A DNA stretch of 64,000 nucleotides. Source: an uncultured Pseudomonadota bacterium. Lineage in GTDB: Bacteria > Pseudomonadota > Alphaproteobacteria > RF32 > CAG-239. Both the position numbers and the translations under genes were made by a program. A model generated the notes under the pieces. It searched no databases and had not been told where the DNA came from. It was given only the letters and a program-made list of their open reading frames with translations. The DNA lies in NCBI GenBank assembly GCA_949289935.1, contig CASEQD010000001.1, forward strand, positions 81,375-145,374. Direction: 5' to 3'. This document shows positions 10,184 through 19,328 of this stretch, piece by piece (position 1 is the first letter of the stretch; every line of letters begins with the position of its first letter).

Positions 10184-10744
10184 ATGAAAAAGTATTATGA
10201 GTCTGAACAGAGCGGCCGTTCCATGGTGGAAATGCTGGGCGTGCTGGCGATTATCGGCGTTTTGTCCGTCGGCGGTATTGCCGGTTATTCCAAAGCCATG
10301 GCCAAGTTCAAAATCAATCAGGCGCTGGATCAGATTACAACCATGATTATCAACATTCGTTCAACTTTTTCCAGCCAGATTGATTTTACGGATGCGACGA
10401 CGGCCAATATTATTGCTTTGGGCATAGCGCCGGAAGAATCGCTTGATGCCGCCAGAACTAAGATGACCAATCCTTTTGCCGGTCAGATAACTATTGGATC
10501 AGTAGGGAATCCGGCAACAACCTTTACCATTACATATACGGGACTTGATTCCAACGCCTGTCAGAGTCTGGCGTTGGCAGACTGGGGATCTCAGGCTTCT
10601 TCCGGTCTGGTTTCCATGACAATCGGCGGTGCTCAGAAATATGAAACTTCAAAGGGAGATTTTCCTTTGTCAGTGGCTAATGTGGTTGCCGGTTGCACGC
10701 TGGCTGCCGGGGCGACGACCTCCATTACCTGGGAATACAGATAA
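10184..10744 (+). CDS. Type IV prepilin, likely the major pilin
   Basis: RBS AGGAG; MKKYYESEQSG|RSMVEMLGVLAIIGVLSVGG with Glu at +5; two C-terminal Cys; own intergenic region upstream and a terminator downstream. Confidence 0.9.
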   Translation: MKKYYESEQSGRSMVEMLGVLAIIGVLSVGGIAGYSKAMAKFKINQALDQITTMIINIRSTFSSQIDFTDATTANIIALGIAPEESLDAARTKMTNPFAGQITIGSVGNPATTFTITYTGLDSNACQSLALADWGSQASSGLVSMTIGGAQKYETSKGDFPLSVANVVAGCTLAAGATTSITWEYR

Positions 10745-10767
10745 TATTGCTTATGCTTTTCTGTTGC

Positions 10768-10795
10768 AGCCGCCGGTTTTTCCGGCGGCTTTTTT
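10768..10795 (+). terminator. Rho-independent terminator after the pilin
   Basis: AGCCGCCGG-TTTTT-CCGGCGGCT followed by a T run. Confidence 0.85.
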
Positions 10796-10802
10796 GCGTA
10801 AT

Positions 10803-11183
10803 CCTCTCTTCCCCTGAGTAGGGCGGCGGCAGAAAAACAATTCAGATAATTGGTTTTGAATCATACCCCCTCCAACTTCTTGCAGCGAAGCTGCTTCGGT
10901 CAACTGAATTGTAACGATTGTTTTCTTAGGCTGCCGCCTGTTCACAATCTAACAATTCAGACTCTGTCGTTGAAAAACAATTCACCGGATTGTTTTTCTG
11001 CCTCCAGCCCTATTCAGGGGAAGGAAATTAGATAATTCGTTTTAGATTCATACCCCACCCGCCTCCCCTACTCAGGGGAGGAGAAAATGGTGAGGGTTAC
11101 TCAGGGGAGGGAAAAAGAAGTGCCCTACTCAGAGGGAGAGAAAGTAAAGAGAGAGAAAGTGAGGAGCCCTGCTCAGGGAGAGA
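10803..11183. repeat. Composite intergenic repeat, locus 1: REP-like CCCT-ACTC-AGGG palindromes around a 101-bp core
   Basis: Six motif copies, perfect CCTCCCCT-ACTC-AGGGGAGG at 11062-11081; core at 10884-10984. Confidence 0.88.
10884..10984 (+). repeat. 101-bp structured element, copy 1 (possible ncRNA or MITE)
   Basis: 97/101 identical to 27219-27319; nested inverted repeats. Confidence 0.9.
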
Positions 11184-11203
11184 GAATATGCCGGACGGAA
11201 AGA

Positions 11204-11917
11204 TTAATATTTATTATCCCGCCGGGTTGCCGTAACTTTCTGATACATGCCCAGTCCGTAAACAGACTTTGTCCAAAAATAATCGGTAACATCAACATTT
11301 TGCGCATAGGTATCAATCCCGCGTTCCCAGATTTTTTCGGCAAAGGGCTGATAAAGGCGGTTAAACATCCGCATCAGACTGCGCAGGGGATGCCATTTGC
11401 AGGGATTATGATAATCTACAAAAACCGCCTTTCCGCCGGGCTTTAATGCCGCCAAAGCGTTGCTGACGACTTGCACTTTTGAAAGCGGCGGCAATTCATG
11501 CAAAAGGTTATAACACACGACATTGTCATATTTTTTGTCGGTTTTCAAACCTGCGGCATCGGCTTGTTTTAAGCGGATATTATCAAATAAATAATCATAT
11601 TTCCGCCGGCAGCGCATCAGCTGTTTTTTATTGTTGTCAATGATGGTAAGCGAGCCGTTTTCTCCAACCTGATAAGCCAGTTCTTCAATCTGCAGGCCGA
11701 AAGTGCAGCCCATTTGCAGCACCTGCGCACCAGGCTTGACCTCCCGGGCAACGCTTTCGGAAAGTTTTTTGTGAAAACCAAGCGTTATCAGGTTAAGCAA
11801 AAACGGACTGTCAAAAAAATCATAAATGTCTTTTTTGTTATACAGCCAATCGTATATGCCGTTAACTTTAACGGGAAGAGTAACAAATTCTCTTGTTTTT
11901 TGCGTTTGTTGCATCAT
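11204..11917 (-). CDS. rquA: Rhodoquinone biosynthesis protein RquA homologue (class I SAM-MTase fold)
   Basis: YDWLY, PGAQVLQMGCTFG, LLHELP, KPGGKAVFVDYHNP..WHPL, QPFA...W and C-terminal GMYQKVTA follow the RquA pattern. Confidence 0.75.
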   Translation of the reverse strand: MMQQTQKTREFVTLPVKVNGIYDWLYNKKDIYDFFDSPFLLNLITLGFHKKLSESVAREVKPGAQVLQMGCTFGLQIEELAYQVGENGSLTIIDNNKKQLMRCRRKYDYLFDNIRLKQADAAGLKTDKKYDNVVCYNLLHELPPLSKVQVVSNALAALKPGGKAVFVDYHNPCKWHPLRSLMRMFNRLYQPFAEKIWERGIDTYAQNVDVTDYFWTKSVYGLGMYQKVTATRRDNKY

Positions 11918-11936
11918 GTGTTTCAAATCCGGTTTT

Positions 11937-12284
11937 TTACGGCCGGAAATAAGGTTCTGCCTCTTTAATGCTTTCCAGCCAGATGTTTTTGCTGTTTTTG
12001 ATTTTTTTACCTGTTTCTTCGGAAAAATCTCCGGCAACAAGATTATTTTCTATTTTTGTACACAATTCTGCAAATTTGTCAAGACCAAAAATGAGCGAAG
12101 AAGATTTCAGGCTGTGAAAAATAATTCGCAGATTTTCCGCATCCCGGCCGGATAGATAAGCCGCCGCTTTTTCAAATTTTGCCCCGGCGTCGGATAAATA
12201 TTCTTCCCAAAGCTGCAAAAACTTTTGTTCTCCCAGCATTTTTTTATAGGTTTCGGGCATTTCTCTGTTAAAAACCTCAGACAT
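11937..12284 (-). CDS. Stand-alone Hpt (histidine phosphotransfer) domain protein
   Basis: FHSLKSSSLIFG...LCTKIE Hpt motif; ATG 12284 with an AAGGAAG-type RBS. Confidence 0.8.
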   Translation of the reverse strand: MSEVFNREMPETYKKMLGEQKFLQLWEEYLSDAGAKFEKAAAYLSGRDAENLRIIFHSLKSSSLIFGLDKFAELCTKIENNLVAGDFSEETGKKIKNSKNIWLESIKEAEPYFRP

Positions 12285-12297
12285 GAGGCGCTTCCTT

Positions 12298-13056
12298 TCA
12301 ATTCTTTTTCCAATCGCCGGCAATAGCCTGCCAACAGGCCAGCGCTGCCGCTGCCGCCGTTTCAGCACGAAGGATTCTTTTTCCCATGGAAACGCTCCGG
12401 GCAAAATCCGCCTGCCGCAGCAGCTCAAATTCGTCATTGCCGAATCCGCCTTCGGGGCCGACTAACAGTGCGGCTTTGGTTGTTTCTTCCGCCGCTGCCG
12501 CGCTGAACGCCTTATAAATGTTTTCGCCGCCGCCGGTTTCGTCCATATAAAACAATTTTCGCGTTTTGTCCCAGGCTGATAAAAGTTTTTTTAAGGGAAC
12601 AGGTTTAAAAACTTCCGGCAAATCAACCCGGCGGCATTGCTCGGCAGCCTCAACGGCCTGAGATTTGAAACGCTCAAGACGAACCTTTCCGGCAACCGTC
12701 CGCTGCGTGATAACCGGAACAAGCGCCCGGGCGCCGAGTTCCGTCGCTTTTTGAATAATATAGTCTGTTTGTTCTTTTTTGACCGGCGCAAACAAAAGCA
12801 TGATGTCCGGAACCTGTTCAAACGGGCGTGTTTTTTCGGCAACACGCAGAAAGGCGTCTTTTTTTGAAATTTTCGAAACAGAGCATAAATATTCGCCGCT
12901 CCTGTTGTCAAAGGCTAAAATTTCATCTCCGGCCGCAGCCTTCATCACATGAAAAAGATAATGGCTCTGAGCGTCGTTTAACTTTATCTCAAAGCCCTTA
13001 TCCATCGCGGTGTCAAAAGTATCTATATACAACCTTATTTTATTCTTCTTTTTCAA
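12298..13056 (-). CDS. rsmE: 16S rRNA m3U1498 methyltransferase
   Basis: QKATELG, EAAEQC, VGPEGGF, ILRAETAA. Confidence 0.95.
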   Translation of the reverse strand: MKKKNKIRLYIDTFDTAMDKGFEIKLNDAQSHYLFHVMKAAAGDEILAFDNRSGEYLCSVSKISKKDAFLRVAEKTRPFEQVPDIMLLFAPVKKEQTDYIIQKATELGARALVPVITQRTVAGKVRLERFKSQAVEAAEQCRRVDLPEVFKPVPLKKLLSAWDKTRKLFYMDETGGGENIYKAFSAAAAEETTKAALLVGPEGGFGNDEFELLRQADFARSVSMGKRILRAETAAAAALACWQAIAGDWKKN

Positions 13057-13059
13057 TGT

Positions 13060-13557
13060 CTAAAATATCCTGACCTGTAAAACTTTGGAAACAACCGCCA
13101 GCCCGTTTTCCAGTTTGTCAAAATTAATCCGGCTGCTGCCCGAAGCGCTTGCCCGATACAAAAGGATGACGATATCTCCCCTCTTTTCGCTCTTAATAAA
13201 TTCCAGCGCGCTGCCGCGGTTTTCAAAATGCCATCTCGTATTTTCTTCCTCATCCAGCCTGACCGCCAGATATTGTCCTTCGCTCAAGACCAGAGATGTT
13301 GTATAACTATTCAAATCTACCAATTTTATAACCGGTTGTTGAGTTTTTTGCTCAACAGGCTTTTGAACCGGTTTTGTTGTTTTGTTTTCCCGGGAATCCT
13401 GATGAGTGTTTCCGCCCAGCCCGTAGCCCGGTTCAAAAACCTGACGTTTCATGGCCTGGCCGGCATTCTCGACAATCAAACCCGCCTCTGCGGTTTGGGC
13501 AAAAGCCAAAAAACCGGCAAGGAAAAGGATTAATATTTTCGTCGAGTACCTCATCAT
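13060..13557 (-). CDS. Secreted hypothetical protein with a small beta-sandwich C-terminus
   Basis: Signal peptide ending AEA; C-terminus loosely chagasin/I42-like (uncertain). Confidence 0.55.
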   Translation of the reverse strand: MMRYSTKILILFLAGFLAFAQTAEAGLIVENAGQAMKRQVFEPGYGLGGNTHQDSRENKTTKPVQKPVEQKTQQPVIKLVDLNSYTTSLVLSEGQYLAVRLDEEENTRWHFENRGSALEFIKSEKRGDIVILLYRASASGSSRINFDKLENGLAVVSKVLQVRIF

Positions 13558-13703
13558 ACCCTCACTTATAAACAACATAATATGCTATGTAAATATGCAA
13601 AAGTATTTAATTTTTATACTTTTATAATTGTATAATAACACAGATATGATATGAGAGAAAGAAGTTTTATGTGAAGTTTTTGTAACAAAAAAGGGGAAAG
13701 ACG

Positions 13704-14378
13704 ATGATTATCACCATTGACGGCCCCGCCGCCGCCGGAAAAGGAACTCTGGCTGCCGCTCTGGCAGATAAATATAAACTGGCGTATTTTGATACCGGGA
13801 TGGTTTATCGAGCCGTCGGCGTGGAGATGATCGAAAACAGCCGGGATGTATCTGACGAGGCCGCAGCAGCGGATCTGGCCCGAAAACTTACTTTTCAAAA
13901 AATGATGAAGTTGTCCGAACATCCCGAATTCCGGGGACCTTTGGGCGGAAAAAACGCTTCGGTAGTTTCTTCTTATCCCTCTGTCCGCGCCGCTCTTTTA
14001 AAAATGCAGCGTGATTTTGCGCAAAGCCCTGTGTTTAAAGACGGAAGCCCAGCCAGGGGCGTTGTTTATGACGGACGCGATACGGGAACGGTTGTCTGTC
14101 CTTCCGCCGATATTAAACTGTTTGTCACTGCTTCGCCTGAAGTGCGCGCAGAACGGCGGTTTAAAGAATTCCGGGAAAAAGGAATCGATATCTCTTATGA
14201 GAACGTGCTGGCAGACATAAAATCCCGGGATGAACGGGATTCCCAAAGAGCTTCCGCCCCTCTGAAACCGGCTCCCGATGCGGTTATCATAGATACATCG
14301 GCGCTTTTCGCCAATGATGTGATGGAAAAAGTCTGCCGGATAATTGAGGCAAAGATAAAGAAATCGCTTGAAAAATAA
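13704..14378 (+). CDS. cmk: Cytidylate kinase
   Basis: IDGPAAAGKGT, DTGMVYR, DGRDTGTVV; upstream of rpsA. Confidence 0.95.
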   Translation: MIITIDGPAAAGKGTLAAALADKYKLAYFDTGMVYRAVGVEMIENSRDVSDEAAAADLARKLTFQKMMKLSEHPEFRGPLGGKNASVVSSYPSVRAALLKMQRDFAQSPVFKDGSPARGVVYDGRDTGTVVCPSADIKLFVTASPEVRAERRFKEFREKGIDISYENVLADIKSRDERDSQRASAPLKPAPDAVIIDTSALFANDVMEKVCRIIEAKIKKSLEK

Positions 14379-14500
14379 TATTTTCCATGTATAAAAATGA
14401 CACAGCAGCGCTGCGGTGCGGCGGGCTGCTGAAGTTTAACGCGCACAAGTCCGCCCGCTTATGATGCGGGGCAGGCATTTTGATGAATAAAATTTTTATG

Positions 14501-16180
14501 ATGAATACAGATGTAAAAATTCCGGAAATGACAGAAGATTTTGAAGCCCTGTTGAACGAACAGCTTGGCGACAACGGTATTACCGGTTCTGTCGTTAAAG
14601 GAACAATCATTCGCTTAACGCCGGATTTTGCAACCGTTGATGTCGGATTGAAATCCGAAGGACGTATTCCTTTGCGCGAATTCGGCCAAAATGCAGAATT
14701 GAAAATCGGCGATATCGTCGAAGTTTATGTTGACCGTTATGAAGACAAAGACGGCAATATTGTTCTTTCACGCGAAAAAGCCCGCCGTGAAGAAGTATGG
14801 CAGGATTTGGAAAAATCCATGAATGCCAACGAACGCGTTAACGGCATTATTTTCGGACGCGTCAAAGGCGGCTTTACGGTTGATTTGAACGGCGCTATTG
14901 CTTTTCTGCCCGGTTCGCAAATCGATATTCGTCCGATTCGCGATATTACGCCGCTGATGGGAATTTCCCAGCCGTTCCAGATTTTGAAGATGGACAAAGT
15001 CAGAGGCAATATCGTTGTTTCCCGCCGCGTCGTTCTTGAAGAAACCCGTGCGGAAGCCCGTGCCGAACTCATTGATACTCTGAAAGAAGGTTCCGTTCTG
15101 GACGGCGTTGTCAAAAATATCACCGATTACGGTGCATTCATTGATTTGGGCGGCGTCGACGGCTTGCTGCATGTTACAGACATTTCTTGGAAAAGAATCA
15201 ACCATCCGGCTGAAGTTTTGTCTGTCGGTCAGACGGTTAAAGTCAAAGTTATCAAATTCAATGAAGATACGCAGCGCATTTCTCTCGGCATGAAACAGCT
15301 GGAAGAAGATCCGTGGCAGCATGTTGCCGAGAAATATAAAGTCGGCGACGTCTATACCGGCAAAGTAACCAATATTACCGATTACGGCGCATTTGTCGAG
15401 CTTGAAGACGGTATTGAAGGTTTGGTTCATGTCTCAGAAATGAGCTGGACCCGTAAAAACGTTCATCCGGGTAAAATTGTTTCCACTTCTCAGGAAGTTG
15501 AAGTCAAAGTTCTGGAAGTCGATCCCGAGAAGAGAAGAATCAGCCTCGGCATTAAACAGTGCACTCCGAATCCCTGGGCGGCATATGTTGAGGAACATCC
15601 GGTCGGTTCCGTTATTGAAGGAAAAATCAAGAACATTACCGAATTCGGTTTGTTTATCGGGCTTTCCGATGAAATTGACGGAATGATTCACCTGTCTGAT
15701 ATTTCCTGGGACAAGAGCGGCGAAGAAGCTGTTAAAGATTATACCAAAGGTCAGGAAATTCAGGCTAAAATCATTGATGTTGACGTTGAAAAAGAGCGCA
15801 TTTCCCTGGGCATTAAACAGTTGACCGAAGACGCTGTTTCCAGTGCTCTTGAAGGTCTGAAAAAAGGCGATGTCGTTAAAGCAACCGTCGTCAGTTCCGA
15901 TGATAAAGGCGTGAGCGTCGAAGTCAACGGTATTTCGGCTGTTATAAAGAAAGCCGATTTGTCCAAAGATAAGGCTGAACAAAATCCGGAAAATTTCAAA
16001 GCCGGCGATGTTGTTGAAGCCAAAATCACTTCCGTAGACCGGAAAAACGGTAAAATCGGTCTTTCCGTGAAAGCGCTTGAAATTGAAGAAGAAAAGAAAG
16101 TTCTTGAAGAATATTCCAACACTTCTTCAGGTTCAACGCTGGGGGATGCCCTTGGTGAAGCCTTGAAAAAAAATGCTTAA
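14501..16180 (+). CDS. rpsA: 30S ribosomal protein S1
   Basis: Repeated S1 domains (ITDYGAF...GLLHVTDISW); exact start uncertain. Confidence 0.97.
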   Translation: MNTDVKIPEMTEDFEALLNEQLGDNGITGSVVKGTIIRLTPDFATVDVGLKSEGRIPLREFGQNAELKIGDIVEVYVDRYEDKDGNIVLSREKARREEVWQDLEKSMNANERVNGIIFGRVKGGFTVDLNGAIAFLPGSQIDIRPIRDITPLMGISQPFQILKMDKVRGNIVVSRRVVLEETRAEARAELIDTLKEGSVLDGVVKNITDYGAFIDLGGVDGLLHVTDISWKRINHPAEVLSVGQTVKVKVIKFNEDTQRISLGMKQLEEDPWQHVAEKYKVGDVYTGKVTNITDYGAFVELEDGIEGLVHVSEMSWTRKNVHPGKIVSTSQEVEVKVLEVDPEKRRISLGIKQCTPNPWAAYVEEHPVGSVIEGKIKNITEFGLFIGLSDEIDGMIHLSDISWDKSGEEAVKDYTKGQEIQAKIIDVDVEKERISLGIKQLTEDAVSSALEGLKKGDVVKATVVSSDDKGVSVEVNGISAVIKKADLSKDKAEQNPENFKAGDVVEAKITSVDRKNGKIGLSVKALEIEEEKKVLEEYSNTSSGSTLGDALGEALKKNA

Positions 16181-16197
16181 TTAAAAGTGTTTTTCAC

Positions 16198-16231
16198 AAA
16201 AAAGCCGTCGGTTAACGTCCGGCGGTTTTTT
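16198..16231 (+). terminator. Terminator after rpsA
   Basis: AAAAAGCCGTCGG...CCGGCGGTTTTTT. Confidence 0.75.
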
Positions 16232-16313
16232 GTCGGTTAAATATTAATCATAAAAAGCGTGGAAATATAATAAAAAAATGATATGATAAAAAACAAAAAA
16301 ACAGGAGAATAAT

Positions 16314-16655
16314 ATGAAATATGCGACCGCTTTGTTTATGCTAATGTTTTGCGCCGGCTGTGCTTCCCGTCATTATTCCGTGTGGAAAGACAACAGCGAC
16401 TGTGATTATGCCCGGGAGGGAATTATCCGCATTGTTGACAATGAAACCGGTAAAATCGGCTATGCCGATCCCAATGGCGAAATTTTAATAGAACCACGCT
16501 ATGCTTACGGTTTTCCTTTTGAAAACGGAAAAGCAAAAGTAACATATACCGGTATGAAAAATATGATTCGGGATTCTTTCGGTGAATATCATTATTGGGA
16601 CAGTCGCGATTGGTTGTATGTAGACCGCGAAGGCAATGAAATGAAAGAAGAATAA
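16314..16655 (+). CDS. WG-repeat lipoprotein
   Basis: Lipobox CAGC; GKIGYADPNGEILIEPRY...FENGKAKV. Confidence 0.75.
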   Translation: MKYATALFMLMFCAGCASRHYSVWKDNSDCDYAREGIIRIVDNETGKIGYADPNGEILIEPRYAYGFPFENGKAKVTYTGMKNMIRDSFGEYHYWDSRDWLYVDREGNEMKEE

Positions 16656-16697
16656 AAAGAAACTCCGGTTTGAGAACCACCGCATAATAAAGAAGAA

Positions 16698-16774
16698 TGG
16701 CGTCAGCGGCGGGACTCGAACCCACTACCCACAGTTTAGGAAACTGTTGCTCTATCCTGATGAGCTACGCTGAC
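16698..16774 (-). tRNA. tRNA-Arg(CCT)
   Basis: Reverse complement folds as a cloverleaf: GTCAGCG acceptor, ACAGT-TTCCTAA-ACTGT anticodon arm, GGTTCGAGTCC T-arm, encoded CCA. Confidence 0.96.
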
Positions 16775-16884
16775 AACCTGTTATTTGTTTATAACGTAAA
16801 AACCTAAAAATCAAGTTTCTTTTATAACTATCATAAAATTAAACAAGTTTCATTTTTCTTACTTTAGCGACTTAAGTTTTGGCT

Positions 16885-17994
16885 CTATTTTTCAAGAGCC
16901 AGCTTATCCAGAAACCGGGTTTGAATTTCCGCAATCTGCCGAACAGAATTAATGTCGACAAACTCGCCCTTGGCATGCATGCCGCCGCCGCTGCCCGAAT
17001 GCATAATGACTATGGATCCTTTTTCGGCAAAAACCCGGGAATCCGTGGCTCCGCCGATATGTTCAAACTCAATTTTCTTTCCCAGAATATCTTCGGCAAA
17101 TTTTTTATAAGCCAGAATATGCGGGTTTTGTTCGTCCATAACCACCGGCGTGCTTTCTGAAACAATTTTATACGAAACACCGTCAACCATACAACTATCC
17201 AAATTCTTTCTTAAATTTTCCACGGAAGAATTTTCCGTCAGCCGGAAATCAAGCAGCGCTTCGGCATGGTTTGAAATTACATTGGCGACATCTCCTCCTT
17301 CTATTTTAGCAAAATGAACCGTATCAAACCATGTATCTTCGGGCAAAGGAAGCTCTTGGGAATAATAAGGATAAATTTTGCGAATATTCAACCAGGTCTG
17401 CATAAGCTTTTCGTTAGCATCAATTCCTTCCCAAGGGGTAGAACCATGGGCTTCTTTTCCTTCTGCCTCAATTTTCACAAAAACCGGATTTTTGCATTTG
17501 CTGACAAGTTTCCGAATATCACCGCCCACATCATTGTCCAACACGATTTTGGCGCTCATTTCCGGATATGCTTCCATAAAAGCATGCGTACCGGCGCTGC
17601 CTTTTTCTTCATCACTTGACAGAATGACGGCAAATTTAACCGGCAGCTTTTTTTCCAAAACATGGAACATTGAATTTAAAGCCACGGCAGCAAAAGATTT
17701 CATATCCAGCGTTCCCCTGCCGAACATCTTTCCATCTTTAATATACGGCTGAAACATATGATCTTCGGCCGGCACTACGTCAATATGCCCCAGGCAGAGT
17801 ACATCAAAATTTTGCACATCATGATTCCGGATAAAAATAACCGGGGAAACGCCGTCTTTTCGGAAAATGGTTGTCTGTGCACCGGTATTTTGAAACAGTT
17901 TTTCAATATAAGCAAATGCCTTTTCAATTTCCGGCAGATTTCCCGTTTCGGTGCGAAAGCGAATAAGCTCTTGAGTAAGATTTAACAGATCCAT
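16885..17994 (-). CDS. M20 family metallopeptidase/deacylase (ArgE/DapE-like)
   Basis: GHIDVVP, GRGTLDMK, DEE, HGSTPW, GGATD, C-terminal H. Confidence 0.9.
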   Translation of the reverse strand: MDLLNLTQELIRFRTETGNLPEIEKAFAYIEKLFQNTGAQTTIFRKDGVSPVIFIRNHDVQNFDVLCLGHIDVVPAEDHMFQPYIKDGKMFGRGTLDMKSFAAVALNSMFHVLEKKLPVKFAVILSSDEEKGSAGTHAFMEAYPEMSAKIVLDNDVGGDIRKLVSKCKNPVFVKIEAEGKEAHGSTPWEGIDANEKLMQTWLNIRKIYPYYSQELPLPEDTWFDTVHFAKIEGGDVANVISNHAEALLDFRLTENSSVENLRKNLDSCMVDGVSYKIVSESTPVVMDEQNPHILAYKKFAEDILGKKIEFEHIGGATDSRVFAEKGSIVIMHSGSGGGMHAKGEFVDINSVRQIAEIQTRFLDKLALEK

Positions 17995-18091
17995 TGCCTT
18001 TTTCCTTTTATTTTTTACACTTTTTTCATTAAATACAGTTAAATATAATCATAAATAATTAACAGAGAATAAAAAGGACGGTAAAAGAAAA

Positions 18092-18592
18092 ATGAAGAAA
18101 CTTATTTTTGCGGTATTGCTTGGCATTTTATTTGTTCCCGATGTTTATGCCGGAACCGAAGCAGATGACAGCGGTTTGCCCGTTCCGCGAATGGTTTCTT
18201 TGCGTTCATCTGTTGTCAATGCCCGTTCCGGTCCCGGAGCGCGCTATCCGATAGAATGGGTTTACCGTCAGGAAGGGGCACCGGTCGAAATTATTGCCGA
18301 ATTTGAATTTTGGCGGAAAATCAAAGACTGGGAAGGAACTGAAACATGGGTGCACAAAGCCATGCTGTCCGGAGAACGGACAATCAAAATGACAGCCAAA
18401 GGAGAAAGTAATATTTATGCCCGGCCGGATTATAATTCCCGGGTGATTGCCAAAACAGAAGATCAGGTTATCGGCAAGATTGAAGAATGCCCGGCCGGCA
18501 GTGCTTTTTGCCGGATTAGATTCGGTTCATCGGTCGAGGGATGGGTTCCCCGGCGTCATTTTTTCGGTGTATACAGCGGTGAAGAAATTTAG
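18092..18592 (+). CDS. Secreted SH3 (SH3_4/YgiM-like) domain protein
   Basis: SGLPVPRMVSL...NARSGPG.RYPIEWVY...WRKIKD.EG..WVH. Confidence 0.85.
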   Translation: MKKLIFAVLLGILFVPDVYAGTEADDSGLPVPRMVSLRSSVVNARSGPGARYPIEWVYRQEGAPVEIIAEFEFWRKIKDWEGTETWVHKAMLSGERTIKMTAKGESNIYARPDYNSRVIAKTEDQVIGKIEECPAGSAFCRIRFGSSVEGWVPRRHFFGVYSGEEI

Positions 18593-18670
18593 TAAACTTT
18601 TTTCTTGATAAAAAAGCGCCACACGGCTATACTCCTCAGCAATTATTTATTTTTATAAAATTATTATAAT

Positions 18671-19273
18671 ATGAAACAGAGTATAAAAACAAAGAAAATT
18701 TTCCTTTGCCGTCATGGAGAAAGTCAGGCAAATGAAAAGAACATCTGGTCCGGGCAGCGGATAGATGCAGAATTAACCGAAGCAGGAAAAAAACAGGCCA
18801 TGCTTCTGGGAGAAAAACTTTCACGTTATTCAATAGATGCTGTTTATGCCAGTCCTTTGATACGAGCGTGTCAGACAGCAGAGATTGCCGCTGATTTCTT
18901 AAAATTACCATACAGCTTTGATCCCCGTCTGAAAGAAGCTAATTATGGACAAGCCGAGGGATGTTCTTTTGATGAAGTCAGAGAGAAATGGCCGGGTATC
19001 CGCGAATACTGGATTAATCCCGTCCCAATGCATTTTGACGCCCGTTTTCCCGGAGGCGAAAGTTTGAGAGATGTTCAAGACAGAGCATGGCAAGCGCTGA
19101 AAGAGTTGGTTGAAAATAATGATTATTATCATATTGCCGTTGTTACGCATGCCGGCGTTATTTGTTCTCTCTTGTCTTCTCTTTTCGTTTTGTTTCCGCG
19201 AATCAAGAACTGTCAGGTTTTTCCGCTGGTGTATGAAAAAAAGACCTTTCGGGTAGGAGGAAAGATTTTTTAA
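18671..19273 (+). CDS. Histidine phosphatase family protein
   Basis: RHGES, SPLIRA, PGGES, VTHAG. Confidence 0.9.
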   Translation: MKQSIKTKKIFLCRHGESQANEKNIWSGQRIDAELTEAGKKQAMLLGEKLSRYSIDAVYASPLIRACQTAEIAADFLKLPYSFDPRLKEANYGQAEGCSFDEVREKWPGIREYWINPVPMHFDARFPGGESLRDVQDRAWQALKELVENNDYYHIAVVTHAGVICSLLSSLFVLFPRIKNCQVFPLVYEKKTFRVGGKIF

Positions 19274-19291
19274 TTAACTGCTGAAATTTTT

Positions 19292-19328
19292 AAAAGCCTT
19301 AAATCGCAAAGATTTAAGGCTTTTTTTT
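19292..19328. terminator. Bidirectional terminator
   Basis: AAAAGCCTTAAATC-GCAAA-GATTTAAGGCTTTT between convergent genes. Confidence 0.85.

Noticed and set aside
10884-10984. 101-bp element as an integron attC site (contains ATCTAACAATTC and AAC...GTT)
   Set aside because: No properly paired R''/R' boxes, no cassette array and no integrase
11062-11183. REP-like clusters as a mini-CRISPR
   Set aside because: Copies are short, degenerate and irregularly spaced, with low-complexity purine-rich linkers
11087-11446. 119-aa ORF starting in the repeat cluster
   Set aside because: Built from repeat sequence and antisense to the rquA 3' end
16314-16774. tRNA-Arg as the integration site of an island
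   Set aside because: No integrase and no duplicated tRNA 3' end seen; only one small WG-repeat gene is adjacent
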